This document shows positions 49,024 to 59,311 of a stretch of DNA of 64,000 nt, piece after piece. The notes beneath the pieces were generated by a model that saw nothing but the letters and a program-made list of their open reading frames with translations, had not been told where the DNA came from and did not search any database. Location: positions 1 to 64,000 of the forward strand of contig JBEULP010000108.1 in NCBI GenBank assembly GCA_041287245.1, given 5' to 3'. The DNA comes from Infirmifilum sp. (lineage in GTDB: Archaea; Thermoproteota; Thermoprotei; Thermofilales; Thermofilaceae). The translations under genes and the position numbers were made by a program. Each line of letters opens with the position of its first letter. Position 1 is the first letter of the stretch.

Positions 49024-50313
49024 ATGTTGACCAGACTACAGAAGATCTCTTATGGTATTGGAAGGCTGGGATCAACTACTCTCTTAAGCGCCTTCAGCTT
49101 CGCTGGCTTCTATCTATACTGGGATGTTTACAAGCTTGACCCCAAGTTGAGCGGCGTGGTAAGCGCAGTGGGAAAACTTGCCATTCTGATAAACTCGATA
49201 ATAATGGGGTATCTTAGCGACGCTACGCGGACCAGGATTGGTAAGAGAAAACCATATATCATCACAGGGGCTCCCATGCTTGCATTGTCGGCAATTCTAT
49301 ACTTCACACCGTTTTACTTTATATCAATCGAGGACAAAACGGCACTGTTCTACTGGGGGGCATTCTGGAGCGCGGCCTTCAACTTCTTTTACGGCTACCT
49401 TCTAACCCCTTTCCAAGCGTGGATGCCTGAGATAACAGAACCGGCTGAAAGAATAACTATCACCACTCTGCAGAATGTCTCGAACATTTTAGGCAATGTT
49501 ATAGGTGTTGTATTCAGCTTCCTCGTTCCAAGGTTATACCAAGGTGGTTTGCTTCTACCCGTTATGATCGCTTTTTCTATTCTAGAAGTTGTTCTCTACA
49601 TGCCAAGCGTGCTGGTGATCCCGGTTGAGAGGAAGACCGTCCTAACGCCTAAAATCTCGCGGGACATAGTGGACCTGTTCAAATATAAAGAGTTTATGCT
49701 ATGGGAGGGTGTCCGCATGCTCATGTCTGCGGTGGAGACGATGATCACAGCTCTCATAGTTAAGTATGTAAGCTCGGTTATGGGACTAGGTCAAGACATG
49801 GCTTCTGTGATTTTCGGTGTTGTTATGATCGTGCTCGTTATGGGCGCCTTTCCTTTCTGGGGGAGACAGGCGAAAAGGATCGGGAAAGGTCCCGCCCTTG
49901 TCAGAGCGGCGGTTATTCTCACTTTCGGATTATTTATGGCCCCGCTCCCCGCATTTCTCCCTTCTTCACCCCTTAAGACGGTGGCCGGCTTGCTTGCGAT
50001 AATCCTGGGAGCAGTAGGGCTTTCAGCCTATGAGCTTTTCCCGTATGCTGTCATAGCAGACCTGGCTCACTGGAACGAGTCTAAGACCGGACTGAGTAGA
50101 GCAGGATTATTCACAGGCTTTGAGGGGATACCAATTAATATCTCCCAGTCTCTAACATACGTCTTCCTGGGTTATCTAGTATCTCTTCCTTCTTTCGACG
50201 GGTATGAGTACACGTGGGGACTTGTTTTGTGGGGACCTATAGCCGCTCTCATGACTTTAGCAGCCATAGGCATACTTAGGAAGACAAATATAGACCCCTT
50301 CAAGGAGCAGTGA
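49024..50313 (+). CDS. MFS/GPH-family sugar:cation symporter
   Basis: GYLSDATRTRIGKRKPYI, AWMPEIT...ER, about 12 TM. Confidence 0.88.
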   Translation: MLTRLQKISYGIGRLGSTTLLSAFSFAGFYLYWDVYKLDPKLSGVVSAVGKLAILINSIIMGYLSDATRTRIGKRKPYIITGAPMLALSAILYFTPFYFISIEDKTALFYWGAFWSAAFNFFYGYLLTPFQAWMPEITEPAERITITTLQNVSNILGNVIGVVFSFLVPRLYQGGLLLPVMIAFSILEVVLYMPSVLVIPVERKTVLTPKISRDIVDLFKYKEFMLWEGVRMLMSAVETMITALIVKYVSSVMGLGQDMASVIFGVVMIVLVMGAFPFWGRQAKRIGKGPALVRAAVILTFGLFMAPLPAFLPSSPLKTVAGLLAIILGAVGLSAYELFPYAVIADLAHWNESKTGLSRAGLFTGFEGIPINISQSLTYVFLGYLVSLPSFDGYEYTWGLVLWGPIAALMTLAAIGILRKTNIDPFKEQ

Positions 50314-50349
50314 GAAAACTTTTTCTTCAGTAAATAGGTTTACAAGCCC

Positions 50350-51135
50350 GTGATGGACTGGTTGGTAGCGCAATTTGTTCAAATCACAGGGGACAACCTT
50401 TTACTAGCGAGTCTCATAACGGGGCTCTTCGTAGCCTTCACCACAAGCCTAGGCTCTCTCGGGGTCTTTTTCTATCGGAGCAAATCGCCAGACATGTCTC
50501 TGTCGTTAGCCTTCGCCTCGGGTATAATGCTTGTAGCCAGCTTTACAAGCTTGATAATACCTGCTACCCGGCTAGCCGGATTCCCCCTAGTCGCCACCGG
50601 CATCGCGCTCGGAGTGGTAGCCATTCACCTCACAGATTCCCTCATACCTCACGAGCACCTGGTGAGGGGGTATGAAGGACACCCGGCCGGCAAGAGGCTG
50701 TTAAAGAAGGTCTGGCTAATTGCCATGGCTATTATCATCCACAACTTCCCGGAGGGCCTGGCCGTGGGGACATCAGTCGCCTATTCAATCCCCCTCGGCC
50801 TAGCTACGGCAATCGCTATCGGTATCCAGGACATACCCGAGGGCCTGGCTGTAAGCCTACCTGTTTCCGCCACAAGCGGTAAGCGAATGGGGGTTTTCAT
50901 CGGGGTTTTAAGCGGCTTAAGTGAGACTCTGATGGCGGTCGTCGGAGCTCTTCTCTTCTCTCAGACAGCCTGGCTCCTACCGCTTGGGATGGGCTTCGCC
51001 GGCGGTGCGATGCTGTACGTGACCCTCAAGGAGGCTATACCTGAAGTATACAGGGAGGAGGAGCCCCCGCTCAAGATAACGTTAGGCTTCCTCATCGGCT
51101 TCTACCTGATGCTATTCCTCGACTCCATTTTCTAG
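50350..51135 (+). CDS. ZIP-family metal transporter (ZupT/GufA-like)
   Basis: IPHEH, HNFPEGLAVG, QDIPEGLAV, FAGGAMLYV. Confidence 0.92.
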   Translation: MMDWLVAQFVQITGDNLLLASLITGLFVAFTTSLGSLGVFFYRSKSPDMSLSLAFASGIMLVASFTSLIIPATRLAGFPLVATGIALGVVAIHLTDSLIPHEHLVRGYEGHPAGKRLLKKVWLIAMAIIIHNFPEGLAVGTSVAYSIPLGLATAIAIGIQDIPEGLAVSLPVSATSGKRMGVFIGVLSGLSETLMAVVGALLFSQTAWLLPLGMGFAGGAMLYVTLKEAIPEVYREEEPPLKITLGFLIGFYLMLFLDSIF

Positions 51136-51179
51136 CCTACCCCGCAATCTTTTTCAACTACGTCGGGGTTTTCCGACGC

Positions 51180-51689
51180 GTGGAGAGCGGTTTTTCACAG
51201 TTGCTGAAAAGCCCAAGGGTGGAAAGCGAGTTACAAAACTTTGAAGAGTGGTTCAGGAAATACGGCGAGTACATCCTCAAGTACGAAGAGTCTAAAATAA
51301 CAGTCCGCCTAGCCTGGGTCACACGTATAATGCTAGACGAGGGCTATGCCCTCTTCCCGGGAAGAGAAGAAAGCGTGAAAAACTACATTGCTGCTTTCTG
51401 GGCTGAAAAACTTCCCTCCCTCGGTCTAGATCCAAGGCTGATCACCAAGGGGGATCTCAAGGGGACCCGGCAAGATGTAATAGATGTACTGACCATGGTT
51501 TTTCCTAACATGCAGCAGCAGGAAAGACCCTCCCTTCTGAAAATATTACAAGAGGAGCAGGTCGCGGTTGAACAAACACTGCCCTTCCTACCATCGAGAC
51601 TTGTCGTATACTCGAGGATAAGACCCCTCATAGCTCTAACGATGACCATTCTTCTATCTGCACTTATGATAATCCTGCTATCACGTTAA
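51180..51689 (+). CDS. Hypothetical protein with C-terminal TM helix
   Basis: 169-aa ORF with hydrophobic tail. Confidence 0.6.
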   Translation: MESGFSQLLKSPRVESELQNFEEWFRKYGEYILKYEESKITVRLAWVTRIMLDEGYALFPGREESVKNYIAAFWAEKLPSLGLDPRLITKGDLKGTRQDVIDVLTMVFPNMQQQERPSLLKILQEEQVAVEQTLPFLPSRLVVYSRIRPLIALTMTILLSALMIILLSR

Positions 51690-52056
51690 CCGGCGCGCAC
51701 CTATGACACACCTGACAAGCTCATCACCAAGTCCCTTAATCAATATAGAGTACAAAGATCCTCTAAGAAACTAAAGAAAGATGTTCCACCATTAGAGCCA
51801 CAAATTCAAATGCTTTAAAAGCCTAAGCTAAAAGCGTGTAGCATATTATCGAGAAGGCTGATGCATTGAAGAGGAAAAGGGTCTCAAATCTTCATAACGC
51901 AACTGTTGATTTCAGGAGAGATGCTAAATAAAATTTTTCAACCAGGAAAAGGTTAAGAATCTCCACCCTCAATACCGGATATAGCAGAAGACTTTTGATT
52001 GTCTGAAAACTTCATGAGGAAAAGATTGAATTCAACGAGACGAGAAAAATAAGGGT

Positions 52057-52441
52057 ATGGGTGTTGCAATTGAGATTGAAAATTTGCCAAAGAAGCTTCA
52101 GAAGAAAGGTTTAAAGGAAAAACTGGTTGAAATATGTGAGAGACACAACATTGTTTTCATGGCTGTTTTCGGTTCCTTTGTGAGGGGGAGCAGAAAGCAG
52201 AGAGCGATATAGATATAGCTATTGAGTTTGATAAGAATAGTAGAAAGTCCCTTTTTGATCTTGTTAGGATTGAGGAAGAGTTAAGAGAGGTTTTTGGAAG
52301 GAAAGTAGATTTAGGAATTTTTAGCAGTATAAATCCCCACATAGAAAAAAGATAAAGGATACCTTAAGCACATCTTGGAGGTTATAGCGAACATATAAAT
52401 GTTTAATATCTATAATCCTGAAAGAGATTGAAGAAACTTAA
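52057..52441 (+). pseudogene. Decayed MNT (minimal nucleotidyltransferase)-HEPN toxin-antitoxin pair
   Basis: ...AVFGSFVRG / frameshift in G run / EQKAESDIDIAIEF...SLFDLVRIEEELREVFGRKVDL...stop 52355; then KDKGYLKHILEVIANI* resembling a DUF86 HEPN N-terminus; AT-rich. Confidence 0.8.
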
Positions 52442-52586
52442 TCTGAAAAACAAAATTGCTAGATGCTGCGAGGCGGGTTAGACCAAAAATGCCTGGGGAT
52501 CTTGGGATTCTTGGTGGAAAAAGTTGCCTGCGTCCTGTGTAGCTGGAATTCCAAAATTAGTTCACATGGGCTGGGGCTAATAGCTC

Positions 52587-52988
52587 TTATCCTCCTGCTG
52601 AACTAGCAATCAAGGATTTTATTTTGCCCGCGAAGGATGCCTTGTCGATAATAGCTCTTTCATGGAGAGCATAACCTATCATTAGGTTTCCGCTCCACAC
52701 CTCCACCCAGAATAAAACCCGCTTCTCGTCTGAGTGTAGCACCGTGGCTCGAACCTCGAGTTCAGAGCCTAGAACTGCAGGCTTCACGTGGTGGACGTCA
52801 ACTCTAACCCCAACGGTGGTGTGGGTCTCAGGCAGCTGTTGGTCCCAGAATATCCTGCAGGTTTCCTCGATGAAGCCCACCATGACGGGAGTCGCGAGTA
52901 CACGTATTCCCTCAACGTCAATATGCTTAGCCACGTCGCCTGGCCCGACTGTGTAGCGTCTTGTAAAAACCTTCTTCTGCTCCAACAT
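52587..52988 (-). CDS. Hot-dog fold thioesterase (FlK-like)
   Basis: VLATPVMVGFIEE, TTVGVRVDVHH, HERAII. Confidence 0.88.
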   Translation of the reverse strand: MLEQKKVFTRRYTVGPGDVAKHIDVEGIRVLATPVMVGFIEETCRIFWDQQLPETHTTVGVRVDVHHVKPAVLGSELEVRATVLHSDEKRVLFWVEVWSGNLMIGYALHERAIIDKASFAGKIKSLIASSAGG

Positions 52989-53093
52989 ACATCTCCTACA
53001 TAATCTTGGCTTTCTTTTATTTTTGACCCTTTTCATTTTCAGGATACACTGCGCTAGGATTATATCGGGGACGCAGATTGAGAGCATAGAGGA

Positions 53094-54305
53094 ATGTCCT
53101 CGAGAATAGCGGGGCTATGCCTTAAATGCAGAGGCGCGAAAAACCTATGTGGACTGCCTAGTTGCCCGTTTTTCAAGCTTTGGAGAAGCGTTGGCCTCTC
53201 CAAGATCACTACGGCTAGTGTTATAGAAGCCCCTTCTCCCCCCTCGATTTTTGTTGGAAGAATAGGTTATCCCAAGGTCAGAATAGCCCCCTCCGTTACA
53301 ACCCTGGACGGTGATGCCTCAGTATACGACCTTCCTGAGAAATGGTTGCAATATAGCATTGAAGACGTGTTAAACTTCAGGTTAAGCCTAGTAATGGGTA
53401 ATATCACTGTAGACGTTCGAAAACCCGACCTTATCGGTGAAATAGCCTTGCTCTCCGCCTCTTCGAAACCCGTCGACCTACAAGTTAAGTTCGCCAAGCC
53501 CCCGAGCGGCTTCAGGATAGACCCGTTCTCCCCTCCCTTCGGCCCCTCAGGAACAGCTGAAAAGATTAAGGTTCTAGACAACCCGCGTATTCCGAGACCT
53601 CTAGAGAGGCTACTCGGAGGAGATACTCCTCGGGCCCAGGAAGCGATTTGGAGTCTCTATGAGTCGGGCTTACCAGTCTCAACGATACAACGAGTCTTCT
53701 CCGCTGGCCTCATCGGGAGAGAGAGGAAGATCGTCCCTACTAGATGGTCGATAACGGCTGTGGATGATATTATTTCTCAGCGCATAGTAAAAGAGGTTAA
53801 GAAATATCCTTCTATCAACACATTTCTTTTCTTCGAGAGGAGGTATTCAAATAACCTTTTCATCGGTATTCTAGCACCAGCCTCCTGGAGCTTCGAGTGG
53901 ATAGAGGCCTGGTTTCCGCACACGACGTGGAATCCGGGGGCTAAGGTAGAAGTAGAGGCTGACTGGGAAGGCTATACTGGGCGTAAGGAATACGCAACCC
54001 TTGGGGGATGCTACTACTCAGCTAGGCTGGGAGCCGCAGAGTTTCTCAGGAAGTTGAAGCGACAGGCTACCGTCCTTCTTATCCGCGAAATATACGAGGG
54101 ATTCTTCCTACCCATAGGAGTCTGGTTTGTACGGGAAAATATTAGAGAGTTATTCAAATCAGAGCCTGAGAGGTACGACACGGTTAAAGAGGTTCTTGAA
54201 AGGCTGGGTAAAACTACGCGGCTGCCCCTACAAGTATGGCTGGACAAGTCACGCGTGCTCAAGGATCTGACTGCGCAGAAAAAGCTTGAGGTGAAGGGTT
54301 TCTGA
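53094..54305 (+). CDS. nreA: Archaeal Nre DNA repair protein
   Basis: CLKCRG..LCG..SCP, SPPSIFVGRIGYPKV, VPTRWSITAVD, GGCYYSARL, GVWFVRE; C-terminal QKKL. Confidence 0.9.
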   Translation: MSSRIAGLCLKCRGAKNLCGLPSCPFFKLWRSVGLSKITTASVIEAPSPPSIFVGRIGYPKVRIAPSVTTLDGDASVYDLPEKWLQYSIEDVLNFRLSLVMGNITVDVRKPDLIGEIALLSASSKPVDLQVKFAKPPSGFRIDPFSPPFGPSGTAEKIKVLDNPRIPRPLERLLGGDTPRAQEAIWSLYESGLPVSTIQRVFSAGLIGRERKIVPTRWSITAVDDIISQRIVKEVKKYPSINTFLFFERRYSNNLFIGILAPASWSFEWIEAWFPHTTWNPGAKVEVEADWEGYTGRKEYATLGGCYYSARLGAAEFLRKLKRQATVLLIREIYEGFFLPIGVWFVRENIRELFKSEPERYDTVKEVLERLGKTTRLPLQVWLDKSRVLKDLTAQKKLEVKGF

Positions 54306-55135
54306 GTGTCACATACAAGAAGATTCACGTGCAACATGCCTTATCCAAGTCAGGTTTACCCGATCTTGACTACTCTTTCAACCCTTACGTGGGCTGTAGC
54401 CACGCCTGCGTCTACTGCTATGCGAGAGCTTTCACGCGTTACAAAGAGGTCTCGAGCAACTGGGGTAAAATAGTTTACATTAAGGAGAACATAATAGATG
54501 TTCTCAAAAGCGAGGTTAACAGGCTAAGAAAAGGTGTAGTGGGCGTCTCGACAATAACCGACCCCTACCAGCCGGTAGAGGCTGAAGAGAAGCTTACTCG
54601 CCGGGGTATCGAGATATTAGCTAAAAACGGGTTTCATGTAAGCGTTCAGACAAAGTCCCCCCTAGTAGTCAGAGATCTTGATATAATCTCGTCCTACAAG
54701 GATTTCTTTGACGTTGGCTTCACAATAACCACCTTAGATTCCCGGGTGGCAGGCGTCATAGAGCCCGGTGCGCCCCCACCCCCAGCCCGGGTCGAGGCGC
54801 TTAGACGGGTATCTTCCTTGAACGTGGAAACATGGGTTTTTCTCGGCCCGATAATGAGAGGTGTGAATGACTCTCGTCAATCCATAGAGGCTGTTGTGAG
54901 GGTAGCGTTTGAGACGGGATCTAGGCTATACTATGACTTTTACCATCACAAGCCCGAGGTTGTCGAGAGCATGAAGACTATTCTTCCGGCATATCCTCAG
55001 GCTATGGGTGAAACAGTAGGTTGGCGGGAAGAGGTTGTGAGCAACGTTGAGCGAATATGCCGCGAGACAGGTATTGAGTGTATACCTGCATTCAAACCAA
55101 GGAAACCTGCACGAAAAATCATCGATTATTTTTAA
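54302..55135 (+). CDS. Radical SAM protein, spore photoproduct lyase-like DNA repair family
   Basis: NPYVGCSHACVYCYA, TDPYQPVE, QTKS; probable CTG start at 54302 (GTG 54329 in ORF track). Confidence 0.85.
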   Translation: MSVTYKKIHVQHALSKSGLPDLDYSFNPYVGCSHACVYCYARAFTRYKEVSSNWGKIVYIKENIIDVLKSEVNRLRKGVVGVSTITDPYQPVEAEEKLTRRGIEILAKNGFHVSVQTKSPLVVRDLDIISSYKDFFDVGFTITTLDSRVAGVIEPGAPPPPARVEALRRVSSLNVETWVFLGPIMRGVNDSRQSIEAVVRVAFETGSRLYYDFYHHKPEVVESMKTILPAYPQAMGETVGWREEVVSNVERICRETGIECIPAFKPRKPARKIIDYF

Positions 55136-55217
55136 CGATTAAACACTTGGGCGCCTGTACTGTTGTTCTCGCGTGATAGAGTTACGCTTAATATATTCTG
55201 CGCCTTTTTAAAATAGG

Positions 55218-56288
55218 GTGGGAATGGGATCTAACGTGGGAGGCTACAGCTCGCCATTGACTGATGTCGTGCTTGAAGATATTCTCAGACTCCTCGGGAA
55301 TATAAAGGTAGTCTTGAGACCCGATTTTTTATACGGTGACAAGGAAATACCATACCGGGGATTCATTCTTCTAGAAGCGATTGGTAGGAGCGGGTCTTTG
55401 AGAAAAGCCGCTGAAAGCATAGGAGTGGACTATAAAACCCTCTGGGATATAATTCATGCACTGGAAGAGACGCTTGGCGTACCTCTCGTAGAGCGAAGAG
55501 CGGGGGGTCGCAGTGGGGGAGGAGCAAACCTGACCCTCTATGGGGAGGCAATTCTAGCACTGTTCAGGCTTGTCGAGAGGAAGGTGGAAGACGCTGCTAG
55601 AGAGCTAAACCCCTCGCAGCCTGACGTCACAGTTATTGGTAGTGACTGTGCTATCATGGAAAAACTCGTCGAGGAACTGGCGGACAGAGGGGTTTATGCC
55701 CTCTATATTAAGACTGGCTCTTCACTTGGGCTCTATGCGATTAAAAGGGGTTTGTGCCACATAGCGGGTGTTCACATACTTGATTGGGCTACAGGAAAGT
55801 ATAACGAGCACCTGCTTAGAGACCCAGAGATCAAGGGAAGGATTGTACTAGTCAAAGGTTGGAAAAGGGTTATCGGGCTGGCCTACTCGAAGAACCTTAA
55901 ACCCCCGCCTAAAAACCTAGAGGATGTTTACACTAGGGGTCTCAGGCTAGCCAATAGAGTTAGAGGCAGCGGCACAAGGATATTTTTAGACTATATGCTT
56001 ACCCAGCTAGCCTCTTCCCGCGGGGTTCCCGTTTCCCAGTTGAAGAGGAAAATAAAAGGGTACTCCATCGAGTATAACACCCACGGTGAGGCAGCTCAAG
56101 CCGTAGCCTCAGGCAAGGCCGACGTAACCATAACCACCGAGTATGTTGCAAAGCTCTACGGCCTAGGTTTTGTCCCACTCACTATCGAGGACTATGACCT
56201 GCTGGTGAAAAAGGATATCCTGGACCGCCTACCCCTCAAAGAGCTCTCACCATTCAAGGGAAGAGATAAGCTTCAATTTCTCGAATAG
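55218..56288 (+). CDS. ModE-like wHTH regulator fused to a molybdate/tungstate-binding PBP-like domain
   Basis: GSLRKAA...YKTLW...ERRAGGRSGGGANLT; GSD, GSSLGL, HIAGVH, NRVRGSGTR. Confidence 0.85.
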   Translation: MGMGSNVGGYSSPLTDVVLEDILRLLGNIKVVLRPDFLYGDKEIPYRGFILLEAIGRSGSLRKAAESIGVDYKTLWDIIHALEETLGVPLVERRAGGRSGGGANLTLYGEAILALFRLVERKVEDAARELNPSQPDVTVIGSDCAIMEKLVEELADRGVYALYIKTGSSLGLYAIKRGLCHIAGVHILDWATGKYNEHLLRDPEIKGRIVLVKGWKRVIGLAYSKNLKPPPKNLEDVYTRGLRLANRVRGSGTRIFLDYMLTQLASSRGVPVSQLKRKIKGYSIEYNTHGEAAQAVASGKADVTITTEYVAKLYGLGFVPLTIEDYDLLVKKDILDRLPLKELSPFKGRDKLQFLE

Positions 56289-56339
56289 TCGACCCGCACC
56301 TCCATAACGCTTAAATAGTATTATCGCGGCACGCCTCAC

Positions 56340-56609
56340 GTGCATTCCCCACTAGAGCTACAATCAGCTAGACAGCTCTTGTTGTACCTTCTGAGGAGCA
56401 GTGGTTTTTATGTCCACATGCATGCCTATGAATTCCTTCTGGGCTACGATGGAAGGCTTATAGGTGTCTTGCTCCTTGAGCCTTCACGGCGGAAGGCTAC
56501 CCTCTATGCTAACGAAGGTTTAACTTCGCAGGAAGCCATCAAGAAGTTAAAAGGTGTTTTAAGACAGGTCGATCCAGCCCTGCTCCTCTCAGTAATACAT
56601 AAAGGTTAA
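56340..56609 (+). CDS. Hypothetical protein
   Basis: 89-aa ORF with CTTAAATA TATA-like box about 25-30 nt upstream. Confidence 0.55.
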   Translation: MHSPLELQSARQLLLYLLRSSGFYVHMHAYEFLLGYDGRLIGVLLLEPSRRKATLYANEGLTSQEAIKKLKGVLRQVDPALLLSVIHKG

Positions 56610-56788
56610 TACGAGTCAAGCTAGGCTCGTAAGCACCACTTTTCCCATGAAGAAGGGCGACAGCCACCTTGCCTGTTGAATCCTAATGCCTCATACTTTT
56701 ACTGGGTTTTAAGAATACACTACAGATCCTACGAGGGCTTGTTCATTTCTTTATAAAAAAGCATAAAATTATTTAGCAGAATTTTTAT

Positions 56789-57802
56789 ATGTGTCAAGGG
56801 GCATCATTTTTTGTGTCTGTAAAAATTTCACAGTGTAAAAGCGTAGCGCCACCCTCTGGGAAGCGTGTGGCTGTGATAGGAGCGGGTCCTGCTGGGCTAG
56901 CAGCTGCAGCCGCTCTCGCCTGCTACGGGCACAAAGTTGATGTCTACGACCGCCTCCCCGAGCCGGGCGGAATGCTCTTATTCGCCATCCCCGAATTTAG
57001 GATCCCCAAGGATGGAGTAAGGCAGAGCATTCGAGAGCTCGCAGACATGGGCATAACCTTTCACAATAACATCGAGGTGGGTAAGGATCTTAGGGTCAAC
57101 GAGCTGCTGGAAGATTACGGCGCTGTCATAGTCTCCACTGGGACTTGGCGAGGAAGGAAGCTTGGGATCCCGGGAGAGGAAAAGGGCGGTGTTTACGACG
57201 CGCTGGGATGGATTGTAAGTTTCATGAAGAACATGCTTGGATATTCAAGCCCCCCACCCCCCTCTCTTTCGGGAAACGTGGCTGTCGTCGGGGCAGGTCT
57301 GACAGCGGTTGACATAGCCGAGCTAGCGGCTAAAGAGTATGGTGCTAGTGTGACCCTGCTTTACAGAAGGCCTATGAGTGTCGCCCCGGCGAGGCACATG
57401 CTTAAATCGTTAGAAAAGCTGGGCGTGAGGTTCATTGATAATGTTCTACCACTTGAAATACTAGGAGGCGGGAAAGCCGAGAAAATCCGCCTAGCTCGTG
57501 TTAAGCCGACCACCGACAGGAAAGCTTCTATCGAGGTAATCCCAGGTTCAGAATTCGAGCTTGATCTTGATGCTCTCGTCGTAGCCGTAGGACTCCAAGC
57601 TACTCCTCCTGAGAACCTGAAGACGCTGGGGGTTGAACTGAACAGAGATGGGACAATACGGGTTAACGAAAATTACATGACCAACGTGCCGGGGCTATTC
57701 GCAGCGGGCGATGTTGCTCACGGGCCGTCAAACATAGGCCTAGCTATGCGAAGCGGTAGACTAGCGGCGAGTAAAGTTCATGAATATCTTGTGAGAAAAT
57801 AA
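56789..57802 (+). CDS. FAD/NAD(P)H oxidoreductase, glutamate synthase beta-subunit-like
   Basis: VIGAGPAGL, PGGMLLFAIPEFR, VVGAGLTAVD, LYRR, FAAGD; lacks the N-terminal Fe-S domain; start uncertain. Confidence 0.85.
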   Translation: MCQGASFFVSVKISQCKSVAPPSGKRVAVIGAGPAGLAAAAALACYGHKVDVYDRLPEPGGMLLFAIPEFRIPKDGVRQSIRELADMGITFHNNIEVGKDLRVNELLEDYGAVIVSTGTWRGRKLGIPGEEKGGVYDALGWIVSFMKNMLGYSSPPPPSLSGNVAVVGAGLTAVDIAELAAKEYGASVTLLYRRPMSVAPARHMLKSLEKLGVRFIDNVLPLEILGGGKAEKIRLARVKPTTDRKASIEVIPGSEFELDLDALVVAVGLQATPPENLKTLGVELNRDGTIRVNENYMTNVPGLFAAGDVAHGPSNIGLAMRSGRLAASKVHEYLVRK

Positions 57803-57856
57803 GATGGTTGTTTAAGTAGCTTTTCCCAGAGTTCTTTTTTAACTGGATCTGGAAAG

Positions 57857-59311
57857 CTAGACGAGTGGCTTGTACATGTAGAATGAGCCCTTCAAAACCT
57901 CATAGCCGAGCTTCCTATAATACTCTCTCGTACCCACAGCCGAAATGACGAGCATTTTCTCTGCACCATACTCTTGTGCCGCCACCTCTTCAGCAGCTCT
58001 TACAAGCCTTCTACCAAGCCCTCTGTGCTGCCACCATCTGCCTTCTCCTCCAAGAGGCGTCTCGGGCCCATAGACGTGTAGTTCCCTGATAAAAGCAGTC
58101 TTGGAGGTAACCTCCCACCTGTGTGCCTTCTCGCTGGGTATACGAAGCCTAAGGAAGCCGAATAAGACGTCGTTCTCTACATCCTCGAAAGAGATAAACT
58201 CCTCAATTCCTCCGCTGGCCTCGTAGCGCCTACGGACAAGCTTTGCATCTTCAATCCTGGGCTCTCTGCCTGTCCACAATGCAAACCTGCCAACTTCTCG
58301 GCAGCGTATACACCTGCACCTCATACCCCTTTCTCGCATGTGATCCCATACAATTTCCCTAAGATTATTCACAGGCGGGCCGTCTACAATCTCACTAGTC
58401 GGGATGTCTCTCTGAACTCTTATTATTCGAACCCAGGGTGGCGTTATAGCCTTAATCTTTGCGATTAGCTCGACTAAAGTCTCCATGTCATACCCTTTGT
58501 AATCGCCCCTCTTCCACATCTCGTATAGCCCGCTACCGGGCACTACTAGAGTCGGGTAGATCTTCACAGCGTCCGGCATGAAATCCTCGTTGCTGTAGAT
58601 CTCCTTAAAGGCCTCATAGTCTCTCTCAGGGTCAGAGCCAGGTAAGCCGAGCATCATGTGGTACGTTACCTTATAGCCGGCATCCTTTAGGATTTGGGTC
58701 GCCTTAACAGAGTCCGCTACAAGGTGCCCCCGGTGCACCCTTTCTAGAATGTCGTCGTACACCGTCTGAACGCCAAGCTCGATACGAGTGGCGCCGAGAT
58801 GGAGGAACCAGTCGACGTGCTCCTCGAAGCTCCAGTCTGGTCTCGTTTCTAGTGTCAGTCCCACACATCTTATCCTGGCACTCTCATTCCTCTTCATAGC
58901 CACATCGAGTCTTGCCTCACCAGTCTTCTCCTCAGGAAAATTATTCAAGGCTTCTAGGGCCTGCGCGATGAACCACTCCTGATATTCGCGCGGCATAGCG
59001 GGGAACGTGCCGCCCATTACGATCAGCTCTACCTTGCTTGGAACCTGTCTCATGGCTAGGTATTGCTTTAGCCGAAGTTGAACCTGACGGTAAGGGTCGT
59101 ATCCAACGTGGATAGCCCTGGCCACAGCGGGGGATGTCTTAACGTAGCTCTGAGGTGTTCCGTACTGAGGCCCACCGGGGCAGTAAAGACATTTACCGTG
59201 AGGACAGGGGTATGGTTTTGTCATGATAGCTACCACGGTTACTCCTGAGAGCATTCTCGTTGGCTTCTTGATGTCCTGGAAAAACTCTAGTCCTTTAGGC
59301 TTCCCGGGCAT
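57857..59311 (-). CDS. elp3: tRNA U34 carboxymethyl synthase Elp3 (radical SAM + KAT)
   Basis: CPHGKCLYCPGGP, VMGGTF, ETRPD, KIYPTLV, CRCIRCRE, RELHVYG, QHRGLG. Confidence 0.96.
   Translation of the reverse strand: MPGKPKGLEFFQDIKKPTRMLSGVTVVAIMTKPYPCPHGKCLYCPGGPQYGTPQSYVKTSPAVARAIHVGYDPYRQVQLRLKQYLAMRQVPSKVELIVMGGTFPAMPREYQEWFIAQALEALNNFPEEKTGEARLDVAMKRNESARIRCVGLTLETRPDWSFEEHVDWFLHLGATRIELGVQTVYDDILERVHRGHLVADSVKATQILKDAGYKVTYHMMLGLPGSDPERDYEAFKEIYSNEDFMPDAVKIYPTLVVPGSGLYEMWKRGDYKGYDMETLVELIAKIKAITPPWVRIIRVQRDIPTSEIVDGPPVNNLREIVWDHMRERGMRCRCIRCREVGRFALWTGREPRIEDAKLVRRRYEASGGIEEFISFEDVENDVLFGFLRLRIPSEKAHRWEVTSKTAFIRELHVYGPETPLGGEGRWWQHRGLGRRLVRAAEEVAAQEYGAEKMLVISAVGTREYYRKLGYEVLKGSFYMYKPLV

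Noticed and set aside
56647..56700. ATGAAGA followed by GGCGACAGCCA, superficially a C/D sRNA with an rRNA-like guide
   Set aside because: No CTGA-like D' or D boxes at the expected spacing
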